From: Catajapyx aquilonaris
Taxonomy: Eukaryota
Assembly: GCA_000934665.2 (NCBI GenBank)
Contig: JYFJ02004632.1
Coordinates: 1-32,882, forward strand
DNA length: 32,882 nt
Direction of reading: 5' to 3'
A program made the position numbers and the translations under genes. Of this stretch, positions 1 to 10,265 are shown one piece after another. Below the pieces are notes generated by a model. It was not told the DNA's origin. It searched no databases and worked only from the letters and a program-made list of their open reading frames with translations. The number at the start of each line of letters is the position of its first letter. Position 1 is the first letter of the stretch.

Positions 1-541
1 GCAACCAAAGAGCACCGTAATCCCACCCCTGCATCCAGCCAACCCAGGCGTGACGTCACTCATGCCGATGACCGATCTGTTTAATTTTATTACGCCGAAA
101 CTAATGGAGGGCCCACTCCGGAAAAATCGCCGAAAAATGAAGAATCCAGTACGTATTACGGGACATATTTTTTAAAAGCCGAAGGAGGCGTCGCGATAGC
201 GAATATTTCGTTTTTAAACTTTGAACTCTACATAACATGCCGTCATTTCGATTCAAAAAATTTGAAAATTCAATGATCGAAATCCTTTCATCTTGCCCAA
301 CACGTACATACATCACATGTAACGGTGGGCTACGCAGTTAACGAGATATAGGGTCATTTGTCGACGTGTTTGCAACTTTTACGGGTTTTTTGCCCATTTA
401 ATTACGTGCGACCTAATGAACGTATTTATGTAAAAAAAATTGCTATGTGCTCTATTCCTGTTGGAGAATTATCGTACCAAATTTCATTAACATTAAAAAA
501 TAGAGGGTGAACTTTCAATTTTATTTTGCATGAACTGTCCT
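1..541. mobile_element. Possible right part of a degraded DNA-transposon MITE running off the window start
   Basis: CpG-rich MITE-like sequence ending ATTTTGCATGAACTGTCCT, resembling the TGTCCCT ends of the Kolobok-type MITEs in this window. The other end is not visible and there is no clean TTAA. Confidence 0.3.
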
Positions 542-730
542 GGAATCGCCCGATGATAGTTGGATGTGTGAAGAAATACAGCATTAGGGGGCATTGTAGC
601 ATGTGGCATAGTTATGAAGGGACACTTTTGTCCACCAAAATTTTGAGTAGGGCTAACGTCATGAAATACTGTGTATGTAATTATTATCTGAGTCAGCCCT
701 CTCGTATCAGTAATTTGTCTCAAAGGCCTG

Positions 731-863
731 AGTGGTGGAAATTAATGGAGAAGCACAATTGTTGCCTCCTGGCAGAGTTTTTCCTCTACATGAAGCAGCT
801 TCGTGTTGAGGCAAAACTCCGCCAGGAGGCGACACTTGTGCTTCTCCATTAATTTCCACCACT
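731..863. repeat. 133-bp hairpin (fold-back MITE remnant, Tc1/mariner-like end)
   Basis: Two 66-bp inverted arms (AGTGGTGGAAATTAATGGAGAAGCAC.../...GTGCTTCTCCATTAATTTCCACCACT) with about 6 mismatches around a 1-nt centre. The right end continues as ACTG+TA. Confidence 0.85.
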
Positions 864-1391
864 GTACAGTGTCTGCGCAGCTGAAGTGACTAAGAGCTAA
901 GTTTGTGTAAGGACTCGTGCAAATTGTGTCAATACTCACCACACCATGAAGGACCAGAGAAGTAGTTACTCATGAATTTAGCATGTTCAAGTCATGCCAA
1001 AATCTGACTAGGCGAGATGGAGAGAGAAATGACAGCATAGCAATTCACTGGCATAGCCCCTCCTCCTCACCTGTCCTCTCCATGACCTCCCTTTCCCCCC
1101 AATTCATATGCAAGGCGTGGGAAAAGGCGACACATTTAATTTGTTCCCATGCCATCATACTCTTCGATTCTTCACCTCCTTCCACCCAGCGTTTGCTCTT
1201 TGCTCTTGATATAATTTGGCCAAATTTTTGCAGGTAGACAGGCCTACTAATTAAACATTGCTGTATTGTGTTTCATTTTACATGGAAATTATATGTGGGC
1301 AGCCGTAGGCAGGCTGCAGGGTGACCTAGCTGACTTTTTTAAGGGTCATTTGTGCTTTCAGAGGGTGGGTAAACTGGGACCATGGCCAGGA

Positions 1392-1721
1392 AAAGGACAT
1401 GGCACAAAATGTATGGGCCAGTGGCCTTCCGTTCGATTTGCCTGAAAATGGGATATGTTGCAGTCCAGACCGTCCTGATCAATGTTGGATAGGAACATTT
1501 CGAGGTAGGACCTACAAGGAGCGTGTTAATGACCTCAGAAGGTAATATGGGGAGTAGGACTGGTAATTACTCCCCATATTATATTAGCATGCTCCCTGTA
1601 GGTCCTACCTCGAAATGTTCCTATCCAACATTGATCAGGACGGTCTGGGCTACAACATTTCCAATTTTCAGGCAAATCGAATGGAAGACCACTGGCCCAT
1701 ACATTTTGTGCCATGTCCTTT
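1392..1721. repeat. ~330-bp fold-back inverted repeat
   Basis: 1392-~1530 is the reverse complement of ~1583-1721 (AAAGGACATGGCACAAAATGTATGGGCCAGTGG / CCACTGGCCCATACATTTTGTGCCATGTCCTTT). An inner 14-bp inverted repeat is TAATATGGGGAGTA/TACTCCCCATATTA. Confidence 0.9.
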
Positions 1722-2600
1722 GGACATTCCAAGTCTACCTTAATAATTATCGTGGAATACAGGTACCTATAACACCATTTTGTAGTAACTATTTTTGCCC
1801 AAAGACATATCCAACATACCATTTCATACGAATCCGTGATATACTTGGTCCAAACAATTTTATCCAACAATTACTGACTCATAATAAAATTTTGCATGAC
1901 AACATCTCTCTTGATGTATGTTTTCATCCGATTAATGTTTCTTTCCCAATTTAGTCCATAAAATAATGTTTCAAATGAAGAAGTGCACCCCTGTTAAAAG
2001 TTCATGAGAAAAGGTGTCTTCTGGTAGAATTTCATAGGACAAGATGCCTTGGGACAAAAATTGTTCTCAAGTAACAGTTGTGTGTTACGTAGACCTTCGT
2101 TTAAATTTTTGGCTAGTTGAGGCCTTCAAATTTTTGTGATTAGTTGTGCAGTGATTCTTAAATGTGAGTTTGGGTGTGATTGCTGCTAAAATCTGAAGAT
2201 CAATGACTTCTATACCTTCTATGAACCTTTCATTTTGTGGTGAGTTCATTTATTTCTAAACTCGAATTTTAGTGTGCCTACAACTATTTCTCTGGGCATT
2301 TTTTGTACGGGCCAAAATCCAAAGAGGAATTTCTAACCCCATGATGGCACATTCTCGACGATTTATGCAATGAATGTAATTTTCCCTTGTACTGACTATA
2401 CAAAAAGTGTGCGGCAGTATGCATAAAAATGCTGTTTACCATCATCATCCACATGCAATGCTAGTCTTATTATTTTATTGGTGCTGTTCTTACCTTTCTT
2501 GCTCTTCTTTTTTGCTTAAAAGTTTATGGCATTCTTACCCACTTGTTAATAAATACTGAGTGCTTGGAACCCTTCCTCTAATGCTCATTTGTCTTGGCAG

Positions 2601-2720
2601 ATGTTCTTTGAAGACAACATTGATGATGCCAAGTACTGTGGTCACCTGTATGGACTGGGCACTTCCTTTGTGATTAATGGGAACAACTATCATGACAACG
2701 GGGAAGCTTCGTCTTCATGA
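2601..2720 (+). CDS. CNOT7: Last coding exon of CCR4-NOT deadenylase subunit CAF1/Pop2 (CNOT7/8 family)
   Basis: Acceptor TTTGTCTTGGCAG ends at 2600. Translation is MFFEDNIDDAKYCGHLYGLGTSFVINGNNYHDNGEASSS*, recognised as the conserved CNOT7/Pop2 C-terminus (FFED.IDDAKYCGHLYGLG). Too short for the ORF track. Upstream exons lie outside the window. Confidence 0.92.
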   Translation: MFFEDNIDDAKYCGHLYGLGTSFVINGNNYHDNGEASSS

Positions 2721-4130
2721 TGTGCGTGTTGGGGGTGTGGCCGAAACCGTTTGTTTAAGGTTACTTACCAATTTTTTTTCACTCCCACCCTGTCACAATT
2801 GAATTTTTGGATTCCAGGTCCATTCACCTTACTTTATCCTCTTGTGCTTCATTTTTTATTAGAGACATTGTTTCTCCTCCTGCAAGTTTAAATCTTTTAT
2901 TCCACGTTTACGGACACGCCGGCGTCTTGTTTTTCTCCCCCCCCAAATGCGATAAAAATTTGTGACCCAATTCATAACAGGGTGACTTGTTTTGCACTGT
3001 ATGAAAAAATCAATTCCATAGGTGCACACTTGTGGAAGACCCAAAAAAAGTGATACGAACAGATTCAGAATAAGTTTCAGTTTTTTAATCTCCCCCCCTC
3101 CCCCCAAGCCCAGGAACCCCTGGTTATGATTCTGATTTCTGATTCTGATTATGGTCATTCTTTTGTATGGTTTCTGTGCGCTCGAAATGGTCACTGCCAA
3201 AAAAAAGTAAGACTTTCAGAATGTGTGAATTCTGGGATTATTTTCTGAGTGGGGAAGGGGAATATTTTAATTGGTAATTTTATAAGTTGTGGTTGTGCCC
3301 TTCTTATTTTTTTACTTATTTTTTTACTAATTTTTCGGGCCGGTGAACCGTCAGTTTCTGGTGAACATTGTAAAGTAGTGGTGAAGGATTTTGAAAGTGT
3401 CAGGACAGTTTTTTTTTTCCTTAGGCCCAAAAACTCAAGAGAAGTTTGATTTATTTTGAGGTGGTGAAAAGTGTTCATTGTGTAATTTTTGGAACCCCTC
3501 CTACAAGGCTTTTAGAATTTTTTGTGTGAATTAAAACCTGCAAGCAGAAATGATCTCTTTTAGGTGCATGAAACTGGCAGTTTTAATAATGTTTTTTGAT
3601 GGATATGTCAGACTTTGCAGCTGCAGGTAAGTAACATTGGACCCGATGTACATATTTGGATGCAGCCCAGACTCTGTCAGGGACCTTTGGATGCCTCCGA
3701 GGATAATAAGGGTTCTTAGGAAAACGGGCCTCATTCCACAAAATTCAGAAATTGAGATATCGCTACCATCTTGTAGATGATTTGCAAAGCTTCATGGTGG
3801 AAAAGAAATTGTGACCAAAAAGGGCCTCCTTCCCCCTCATTTAGGGCCTCAAAATATAATGCCTTGGGTAAGAAGGGTTTCATGCCATCCTTCTTTGCTG
3901 AAGGAGGGCCTCCTTCCATTAAGTGATTTTAAAAAAATCATACTTAGGTTGGTACCGTATTCTTTGTTTTGGTGATACTCAAATTCCAGTGCTGTCACTG
4001 TATTTTGCATGTTTTCAAATTTTGATCAGAATGTTATCCAGAGGCTAGAAATACATATTTTTGTATTTCTTCGTTTCAGTATTTCTGGAATGAGGCGCTT
4101 TTTCCTAAGAACCCTTATTATTATTTGAGC

Positions 4131-4286
4131 GAATTGACCACAACAAAAAAGTGATGAGCCAATGTCGAAAAGGGCACTGTCTGAGCTCAAACCCTGGCTC
4201 TTATGAATCGTGATGCCATAAGCTATTGTTAAGGGGAACTGTTTCCTATGGATGAATGCGTTTGCCATAATTTGAAATTGCTGCCT
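4131..4286 (-). pseudogene. Fragment of a Pif1-family (Helitron/Helentron-type) helicase
   Basis: FQIMANAFIHRKQFPLTIAYGITIHKSQGLSSDSALFDIGSSLFCCGQ matches the Pif1/RecD motif QFPLxxAYAxTIHKSQGLS...F..GQ. Similarity stops before the expected YVAxSR motif. Confidence 0.85.
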
Positions 4287-4681
4287 TCAATCGGCCGAGC
4301 CCGTTTGGGGAGTCGCCAGTTCCGCGCAGAGGATGAGGAACCCAACTATATCAGCATATGGAAGGGATAGGGCACTCGGAGGCTCTCAACCCATTGAATT
4401 CAAGGGGTTGAACCGAGTAGGGCCATGCTCTACGTGGTTCAAGCCCGATCAAGGGGTTGAACGGGTTGAAACCGCTTGATATTGAGTGCAGTGGATACTG
4501 CCCTTGGGGCTGTCCATAATCCGTGTGGACAATTGAAGGGGGGGAGGGGGGTTGCACTATGTCCGCTTTTGTCCATACAGGGGGGTGGGGGTAGAAGTCT
4601 GTTGTACGCGCGGACACTAAACGTCAAATTAATAAGGTCTTGGCCTTTTTAAAGTCAGACCCGTCAAATATACAGTAATAC

Positions 4682-4986
4682 ACCGAAGCAGTAGTGGTGG
4701 AGTGAATAGGGTGTCCGACTGCTAATCGGGAGGTCCTGGGTTCGAATCCCGGAGGCCGGCGACCCTGACCATGGTTTTCTGTGGATTCCCATGGTCCTTG
4801 CAGGATAATTCCGGGGTCGTTACCGTAATATAGGCCACAGCCGCTTCCTTCCTTCCATTTCCCTGCTTCATTCCGAAGATGAGAAAAATAGTAAAAAATG
4901 GAAGAGTTCCAGACAAAAATTTTTTTTGGGAGAAATCCCCCCCCTAAGAATAAGGCCCGTAGACTGATAATGGGGTATCAAATCAT
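4682..4986 (+). mobile_element. tRNA-derived SINE, family A copy 1
   Basis: B box GGTTCGAATCC and central domain GTTTTCTGTGG...GGCCACAGCCGCTTCCTTCC. 16-bp TSD AAATATAC(A/C)GTAATAC at 4666-4681 and 4987-5002. Homologous to 9238-9520. Confidence 0.9.
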
Positions 4987-5096
4987 AAATATACCGTAAT
5001 ACCTCCGAGAAAAGGAATTTGTGTGTAGACATCAAAAAATAAAAATATACCAATGTATTGAAAATAACACTTCAGTGCAGGCAAAGGGGAGGGGGT

Positions 5097-5134
5097 GTCA
5101 AGCAAAGATTACAGATCTGTAATCTTTGCTTGAC
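5097..5134. repeat. Perfect 38-bp palindrome with no spacer
   Basis: GTCAAGCAAAGATTACAGA|TCTGTAATCTTTGCTTGAC. Confidence 0.95.
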
Positions 5135-5499
5135 GGCCTATTCACTGTTCCTTGGTGTCAAGTAGGCCATGTCCGCGCAATTTTTAGGGGGAGAGGTAGG
5201 ATATTGTCCGTTTCTGTCCGCAAAGGGGATGGGGGGAGCTAAAAAAGCGGATTATGGACGGCACCTTTAGTGGTTTCAGAAATAAGAGACGTAGAATGTA
5301 AAACCTTGCATACAAATAAGTGGAAGTGTTACATTGGTTGTTTTTTTTTTTTGAGTGGAAAAGGATATAAATGCTTCAAATTTTCCTAATGATGTCTTTT
5401 GCGTCAATCTTATGTAAAGAAAGTTTTAGCTGGAGTGTCCACTACTGGACCCAAAAAACCTTTATGTTACAATATGGACACCCGGTGTCAACCATGCGG

Positions 5500-5933
5500 G
5501 TTTTATCCAACCAACAAGATGGCCGCCTTTGTTGTGGTGACGTATCGTTAAAAGGTCCATATGTATAGGCCTGTCTCCATCTCTGTGGCTTCGGTCTGCT
5601 TGCGGTTGGCTTGCGGACCTTGTTTATTTTTTTAACGCACTTATACTAATCTTGTAATGGTATTAAATAAAACTTTTAAAAAGTTTAATATGAGTGACAA
5701 ATAGAGCGGAACACTTAATCATTTCATGTCATATTTGAATATCTGGCAACCCCGTAATGACGTTATGGAGATTAGGCAACAACGCGCCGCGCCGGTCCAT
5801 GCTGGCGATTGGTAGTGGAACGTGACAGGAAGGTGGATGGTGGACTACTGTTTGCAAGGCCCTTGCTTGTAAGATTCAGGGAATATTGCGTGTACTTCCG
5901 GCTGTCTGACATCCTGCGGTGCTTCCCCGCTCA
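5500..5933 (+). promoter_or_regulatory. Probable RARS1 promoter/5'UTR region
   Basis: CpG-richer region directly upstream of the start codon, with YY1-like CAAGATGGCCGCC (~5515), RFX-like TGGCAAC (~5744), ATF/CRE-like TGACGT (~5538, ~5758) and ETS-like ACTTCCGG (~5894). The TSS cannot be determined, and the YY1-like motif may belong to a MITE remnant. Confidence 0.45.
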
Positions 5934-6002
5934 ATGGCTGAGGCACAGGCTGAAGGTCTGGCCGAAACGCTCGCCGGATTGAAGGCGAAGGTTAAGGAGC
6001 GT
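5934..6002 (+). CDS. RARS1: Cytoplasmic arginyl-tRNA synthetase, coding exon 1 (MAEAQAEGLAETLAGLKAKVKER)
   Basis: ATG preceded by an in-frame TGA at 5907. Helical peptide followed by a consensus donor GTAAGT at 6003, phase 0, matching exon 2. Low sequence conservation, so less certain than the other exons. Confidence 0.75.
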
Positions 6003-7311
6003 GTAAGTGCCTAGGTTTCATATTGTAATTTTTGTATCAGCGACTAGGATCGGTTGTCATTTTTAGGTGCGTGTGAGTATTCGCAGAGTGTTGTTGCTCC
6101 ACACAGATGCAGAACTCATACGAATTTAAAAGAGTAGCAACGTAACGTGCTGACTGTGTGTAAGAAATCATGCAGGTTGCACCAGCTGTACCTGAATGAA
6201 GGCATTAGGTGTATAAGTTTGGATATCTCATTTTCTTACCTCAACTAGCAGCATACCTGTACATGGCCCAGGTTCACATCTTCCGTGACATCCTTTGCAT
6301 GTTTTTTTACTGAAGCGAAAGAGTATGGGTGCTGTATTCCTGTTGCCCATTAGCTCTGGGGACCAAAATCGGTGGTTTTACCATAACTCCGGGGACAGGA
6401 CCTGACTCTGGGTACATTTCTCGGTCCCCACAGCGATACACACTGTATTTGGCACTATTACTGTGGGGACGTGCCCCCACAGTTACGTATAGCACCGTTT
6501 TACAAAAGCCCATTTACCTCAGCCTAGGTTAGGTTAGTTTAGTTTACACTCGCATCGAAAAAGGTGTGTTTCCCAAGTCCCCATAGGTATTGGACCACAG
6601 GTCTGGTTGTGTGTGTGGGTGGGTGGGTGCGTGCATGGATGGATGGGTTGTTGGAGGATATTTGCTAGTTTACTTCCCAATTCCCCCATAGGCTAACAGC
6701 CTGTTCACTTATGTACCTGCTGGCCTGTCCCTGCCCCTGCCATCCTCACCCCTGCTTCTGGTCCACTTCCCTGGGTTGACTGGTGTTGTACTTGCTGTTT
6801 TAGAATGGAGCTCAAATCCTTACCAGTAGAAATGTAGTGTACACACGAGTCACAGGAAGAAATGCGTCTTAGGTTCTCTTGTGCAGAGACCATGAAACTT
6901 TCACTGATATGAATATGAACTCGATTCTGCAATGCAAGTTTTAGTAGCCCAATCACCATCACAGTTGGACTGGCCTTTCCCACAGTCAAAGGTTAGTATT
7001 TGGTTTATGAAATTGCCAACCTCAATACAATTTGCCAATGCAGTGTAATTAAAGCATCAGAGAAAAGTGAGTCACAGCTCTCCTGGGGACCAGGAACTTG
7101 AGTGGTTATCAGAAATATTAGCTGCTAATATTAGGTTGAATTAAATCTCTTATTTGTTTGAGAAAAATCCAAGGAAACTGGAGCTGTCTGACTGTGTGTG
7201 TGTATGCATGTATCAGCCACAGTGCCACACATCTGCCATAAAGCCACATTTACATGTGAGTGATTTGATCAGTGATGTTGCAGCGATGTCATCGCCGAGT
7301 GAAAGTAATAA

Positions 7312-8304
7312 CCCAGGTAGCAAGATATATTGGGCCAATATTGGCTGACTATTGGCAGCCAATATTGGCCAACATTGGCTGCCAATATTTATCTATATCG
7401 AAACTGTAACTTTTCGGCATATATGGCAATATTGGCAGCCAATATATGGCCAATATATATACGATATATCTCAGGTAACAATCCTTTGTTTTGGACCCAC
7501 ATGGGTTTCCTAACTGGGGATGGGGAAGTGGCTATTTCGCTTTTTATTATTCGTTTCTTCTCATGGTTGGTTGGTTGGTTTTCAAAGAAGTCCAGAGATG
7601 CCCCGCTTGTATGGCCTTTCCATGCCGTGGATTGTCCTGCTCGCAACAAACAGCATTGCCATCGAATGACTCTAGCAAATTAATGTCACAATGAAGTACC
7701 TCGGGGGTAAATGAGCCGCATGCAGGGGAGTCTCTTGCCACCTTTGCACACAAGTAATGGCCAAAAATAATTCGCATTGTTGTGGGATAAATCGGAGAAG
7801 ACTTGCAACGGTACCCCGACAGGCAGCGCCATCTGGACGCGTGAAGCTGCCCCACATCCGCCCACATTGCACCCAATATTGCCAATGTAGCGCCGATATA
7901 TCCACTATATTGGCTAAATAGTGGCAATATTGCCAATGTAGCGCAGATATATCCACTATATTGGCTAAATAGTAGCCAAAAAAAAACAGCTGGTAAAGTT
8001 TGTGGTGGAATTTCACGTGGGATTATTTTTATCAATAGCCAAAAAAACAACACATATTATTTTCCAATTTATGCTAATATATTAGCATAAATTGGAAAAT
8101 TCATCATATCAAATCTTGGCAGAATCATGGCGATATTGCCCATGTGGCGCCGATATATCGACTATATTGGCTAAATAGTGGCAATAATGCCGATATATCG
8201 ACTATATTGCCACAATAGTGGCTAAACAGTGGCAATATCGCCAATGTGTAGCCGATAAAGCCAATATTTAGCCAATATTGGCCCAATATATCTTGCTACC
8301 TGGG
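7312..8304. mobile_element. CMC/EnSpm-like non-autonomous element nested in the Harbinger MITE
   Basis: 35-bp perfect TIR CCCAGGTAGCAAGATATATTGGGCCAATATTGGCT, AA on both flanks (2-bp TSD), and arrays of subterminal GCCAATATTGGC-type repeats. Confidence 0.85.
8059..8100. repeat. Perfect 42-bp palindrome with no spacer
   Basis: ATTTTCCAATTTATGCTAATA|TATTAGCATAAATTGGAAAAT. Confidence 0.95.
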
Positions 8305-8982
8305 AACAATCGTGGTATGAATGTTTTTCGCCCCCAACAATATTGGTCTCATCGCTCTGTGATGACATCGCTGCAACATCGCTGCAACATCTCCAATCAA
8401 ATAGCTCACATGTAAACACAGCTTAATGGTCATTTCTTGGCAGAAAATGGAGGAACAGAGATAAACTAGTTGCCCTGTGAAAAATCATCTACATGTTTTT
8501 GGTGCAATTTCTGTGGTTAATGAAAAATTATTGAGGCCATATGGGACAAAAAATGTAGACAATGTCGAATCCCCCTCTGCTGCCCATGCATAAGGAAGCT
8601 TTTTGTGGTCACTGCCAGTAGTGCTGCTTGTCATGGGAGAAACACAGGTTTAGTTGCAAGTCTGTCAGGTTCAACTGTGGGATGGGAAGGTGGGAAAGGG
8701 TGATGGCGGCATGGCAACTAGAAGGGGAATTGTTTGAGAGGGTAAACAACTGCCTCTCTGTAGGCCCACTTGGAGCTACTACTGCACAGCCTTATGTGAC
8801 TTCTTATCAATGAGGATTCCCTGCCCATTCAAATTTTTGAGAGTTTCTCATGGTATTACAGTTTGAGGATCCAAGACGGTCATCTTTTGTGACATGAAAA
8901 GGAACAAGTAGATTGTGAGGATGTGATATTTGACTTGTATGATGTGTGATTATAACGTGCCTTATTGTGTTGTTGCATGCAG

Positions 8983-9150
8983 ACGCAGGAGGTGGCCAGA
9001 TTGAAAGAACGGTACGAGAAACTCTACTCTGGCTCGGATTGTGGGAAATCCTCAGACATTGCTGCAACTGAGAAGAGACTGGACCAGTTGAAGGAAGCCC
9101 TTACTCTAGAGAACCAGAAGATCAAGTACCAGACCAGTATCCTGCAGAAG
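8983..9150 (+). CDS. RARS1: ArgRS exon 2, N-terminal coiled-coil/leucine-zipper extension
   Basis: TGCAG acceptor and GT donor at 9151, 168 nt, phase 0/0. TQEVARLK...LDQLKEALTLENQKIKYQTSILQK parallels the metazoan ArgRS motif LEQL.EEN.KLKY...L.K. Confidence 0.88.
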
Positions 9151-9237
9151 GTTAAAGTCCTTACTTTTGTTGGGATGATTATGTTAGTGGAAGAAGCCAA
9201 GGGAACTAATATCCATTTCAAAAATATAGTCACCTAT

Positions 9238-9520
9238 ACCGAAGCATAGTGGATAAGGCGTCCGACTGCTAATCGGGAGGTCCTGGGTTCGAATCCCGGG
9301 ACCGGCAACTCTGACTGTGGTTTTCTGTGGTTTCCCACGGTCCTTCCAGGGAAATTCCGGAGTTGCTTCTGTAATTAAGAGGCCACAGCCGCTTCCTTCC
9401 GTCCCTATCCTATCCCAATGAGCACAGTAAAATGAAAGCAAAGAGTTCCAGCCAAAACAAACTTCCCCCCTAAAGAGCCGATGGCTTATAACGGGGTATG
9501 AATTATGAATTATTATTACT
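9238..9520 (+). mobile_element. tRNA-derived SINE, family A copy 2
   Basis: TAGTGGATAAGGCGTCCGACTGCTAATCGGGAGGTCCTGGGTTCGAATCCCGG head, the same body as 4682-4986, and an AT-rich repeat tail. The 3' end is approximate. Confidence 0.88.
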
Positions 9521-9533
9521 TAATTGTTATTAA

Positions 9534-10039
9534 AGGGACACTCCACTCAAAATGCAAGTTGGGCTCTAAAAATCGGGCAAAAAATCCTGTTTCCGAAGGT
9601 GCAATCGGTTTTTTTCTACACGGAACAGAAAAGCCAGGACGAGGCGTTAAAGACTCAGAATTTGCGTCGTCTGCTAATGAGCTGCCCGCCAGCCCAGTCC
9701 GCCACCGCCGTGAGCGCAGCCACCGGGCACTAGGCGAAAGTGATACAGTGCTGAAAGTCGGGTCGAGTCAAGAGGTGGCGGGATAAACCTGTGGGACGGA
9801 CCAAAGATGGCGCGGACCATGGCGTGGATCAAGATGGCGCAAGAATATCCAAATTTCTGCCCAGTCCCGGGCAGTCCCGGAGGAGGCGCTGCTGTTTTGC
9901 GCCAGATTCGAATTGCCTAACTTTGACGGCTCGCTCTGGCCTTACCGTTTGTCTCTCAGAAAAACTGCTGATACACTCGGAATCAGGATTTCTTGCCCGA
10001 TTTTTAGAGCCCAACTTGCATTTTGAGTGGAGTGTCCCT
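9534..10039. mobile_element. Kolobok-like MITE, copy 1
   Basis: ~65-bp TIR starting AGGGACACTCCACTCAAAATGCAAGTTGGGCTCTAAAAATCGGGCAA. TTAA TSD at 9530-9533 and 10040-10043. Confidence 0.9.
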
Positions 10040-10265
10040 TTAAGCAATAATGAGAGATCTATCTTTGAAGCTGCTGGATGTTTGACTCTTTACCAGAATA
10101 GGGTCATATGCAACAATATTCTTGTGGCAAGGTGCATTGGACCAGTGATTGGATTTTCTGATGGGAAACAACAATGGGTTTGGCTATGTACAAGTGATGA
10201 GAGAAGCCTCCAACTCTGAGCCTACTTTTATACCCTTTTGTGCACAGCCAAATCTGTTGAAACTA

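Larger units (their letters stand above)
4506..5265. mobile_element. PIF/Harbinger-like MITE with a nested SINE
   Basis: TIRs GGGGCTGTCCATAATCCG / CGGATTATGGACGGCACC with G-rich subterminal repeats (TGTCCG). A related terminus starts at 32816. Confidence 0.7.
7242..8423. mobile_element. Harbinger-like MITE (outer element)
   Basis: TIRs AGCCACATTTACATGTGAG / CTCACATGTAAACACAGCT plus subterminal GATGTTGCAGCGATGTCATC / GATGACATCGCTGCAACATC. TAA TSD at 7239-7241 and 8424-8426. Confidence 0.8.

Noticed and set aside
4682..4760. tRNA-Ser(GCT)/tRNA-Arg gene (also 9238-9305 and the tRNA-like heads near 16290-16350, 23820-23890, 24610-24680 and 28363-28435)
   Set aside because: No paired acceptor stems, damaged A or B boxes in some copies, and the heads run into SINE bodies, most with tails and TSDs.
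7312..8304. CRISPR-like array of short palindromic repeats
   Set aside because: Eukaryotic intron with irregular spacing and no unique spacers or cas genes. These are subterminal repeats of a TIR element.
8983..8988. Tandem in-frame acceptors at exon 2 (CAG ACG CAG) and exon 3 (CAG GTAGTTCAG)
   Set aside because: Common chance configuration. The effect would be 2-3 aa and there is no transcript evidence.
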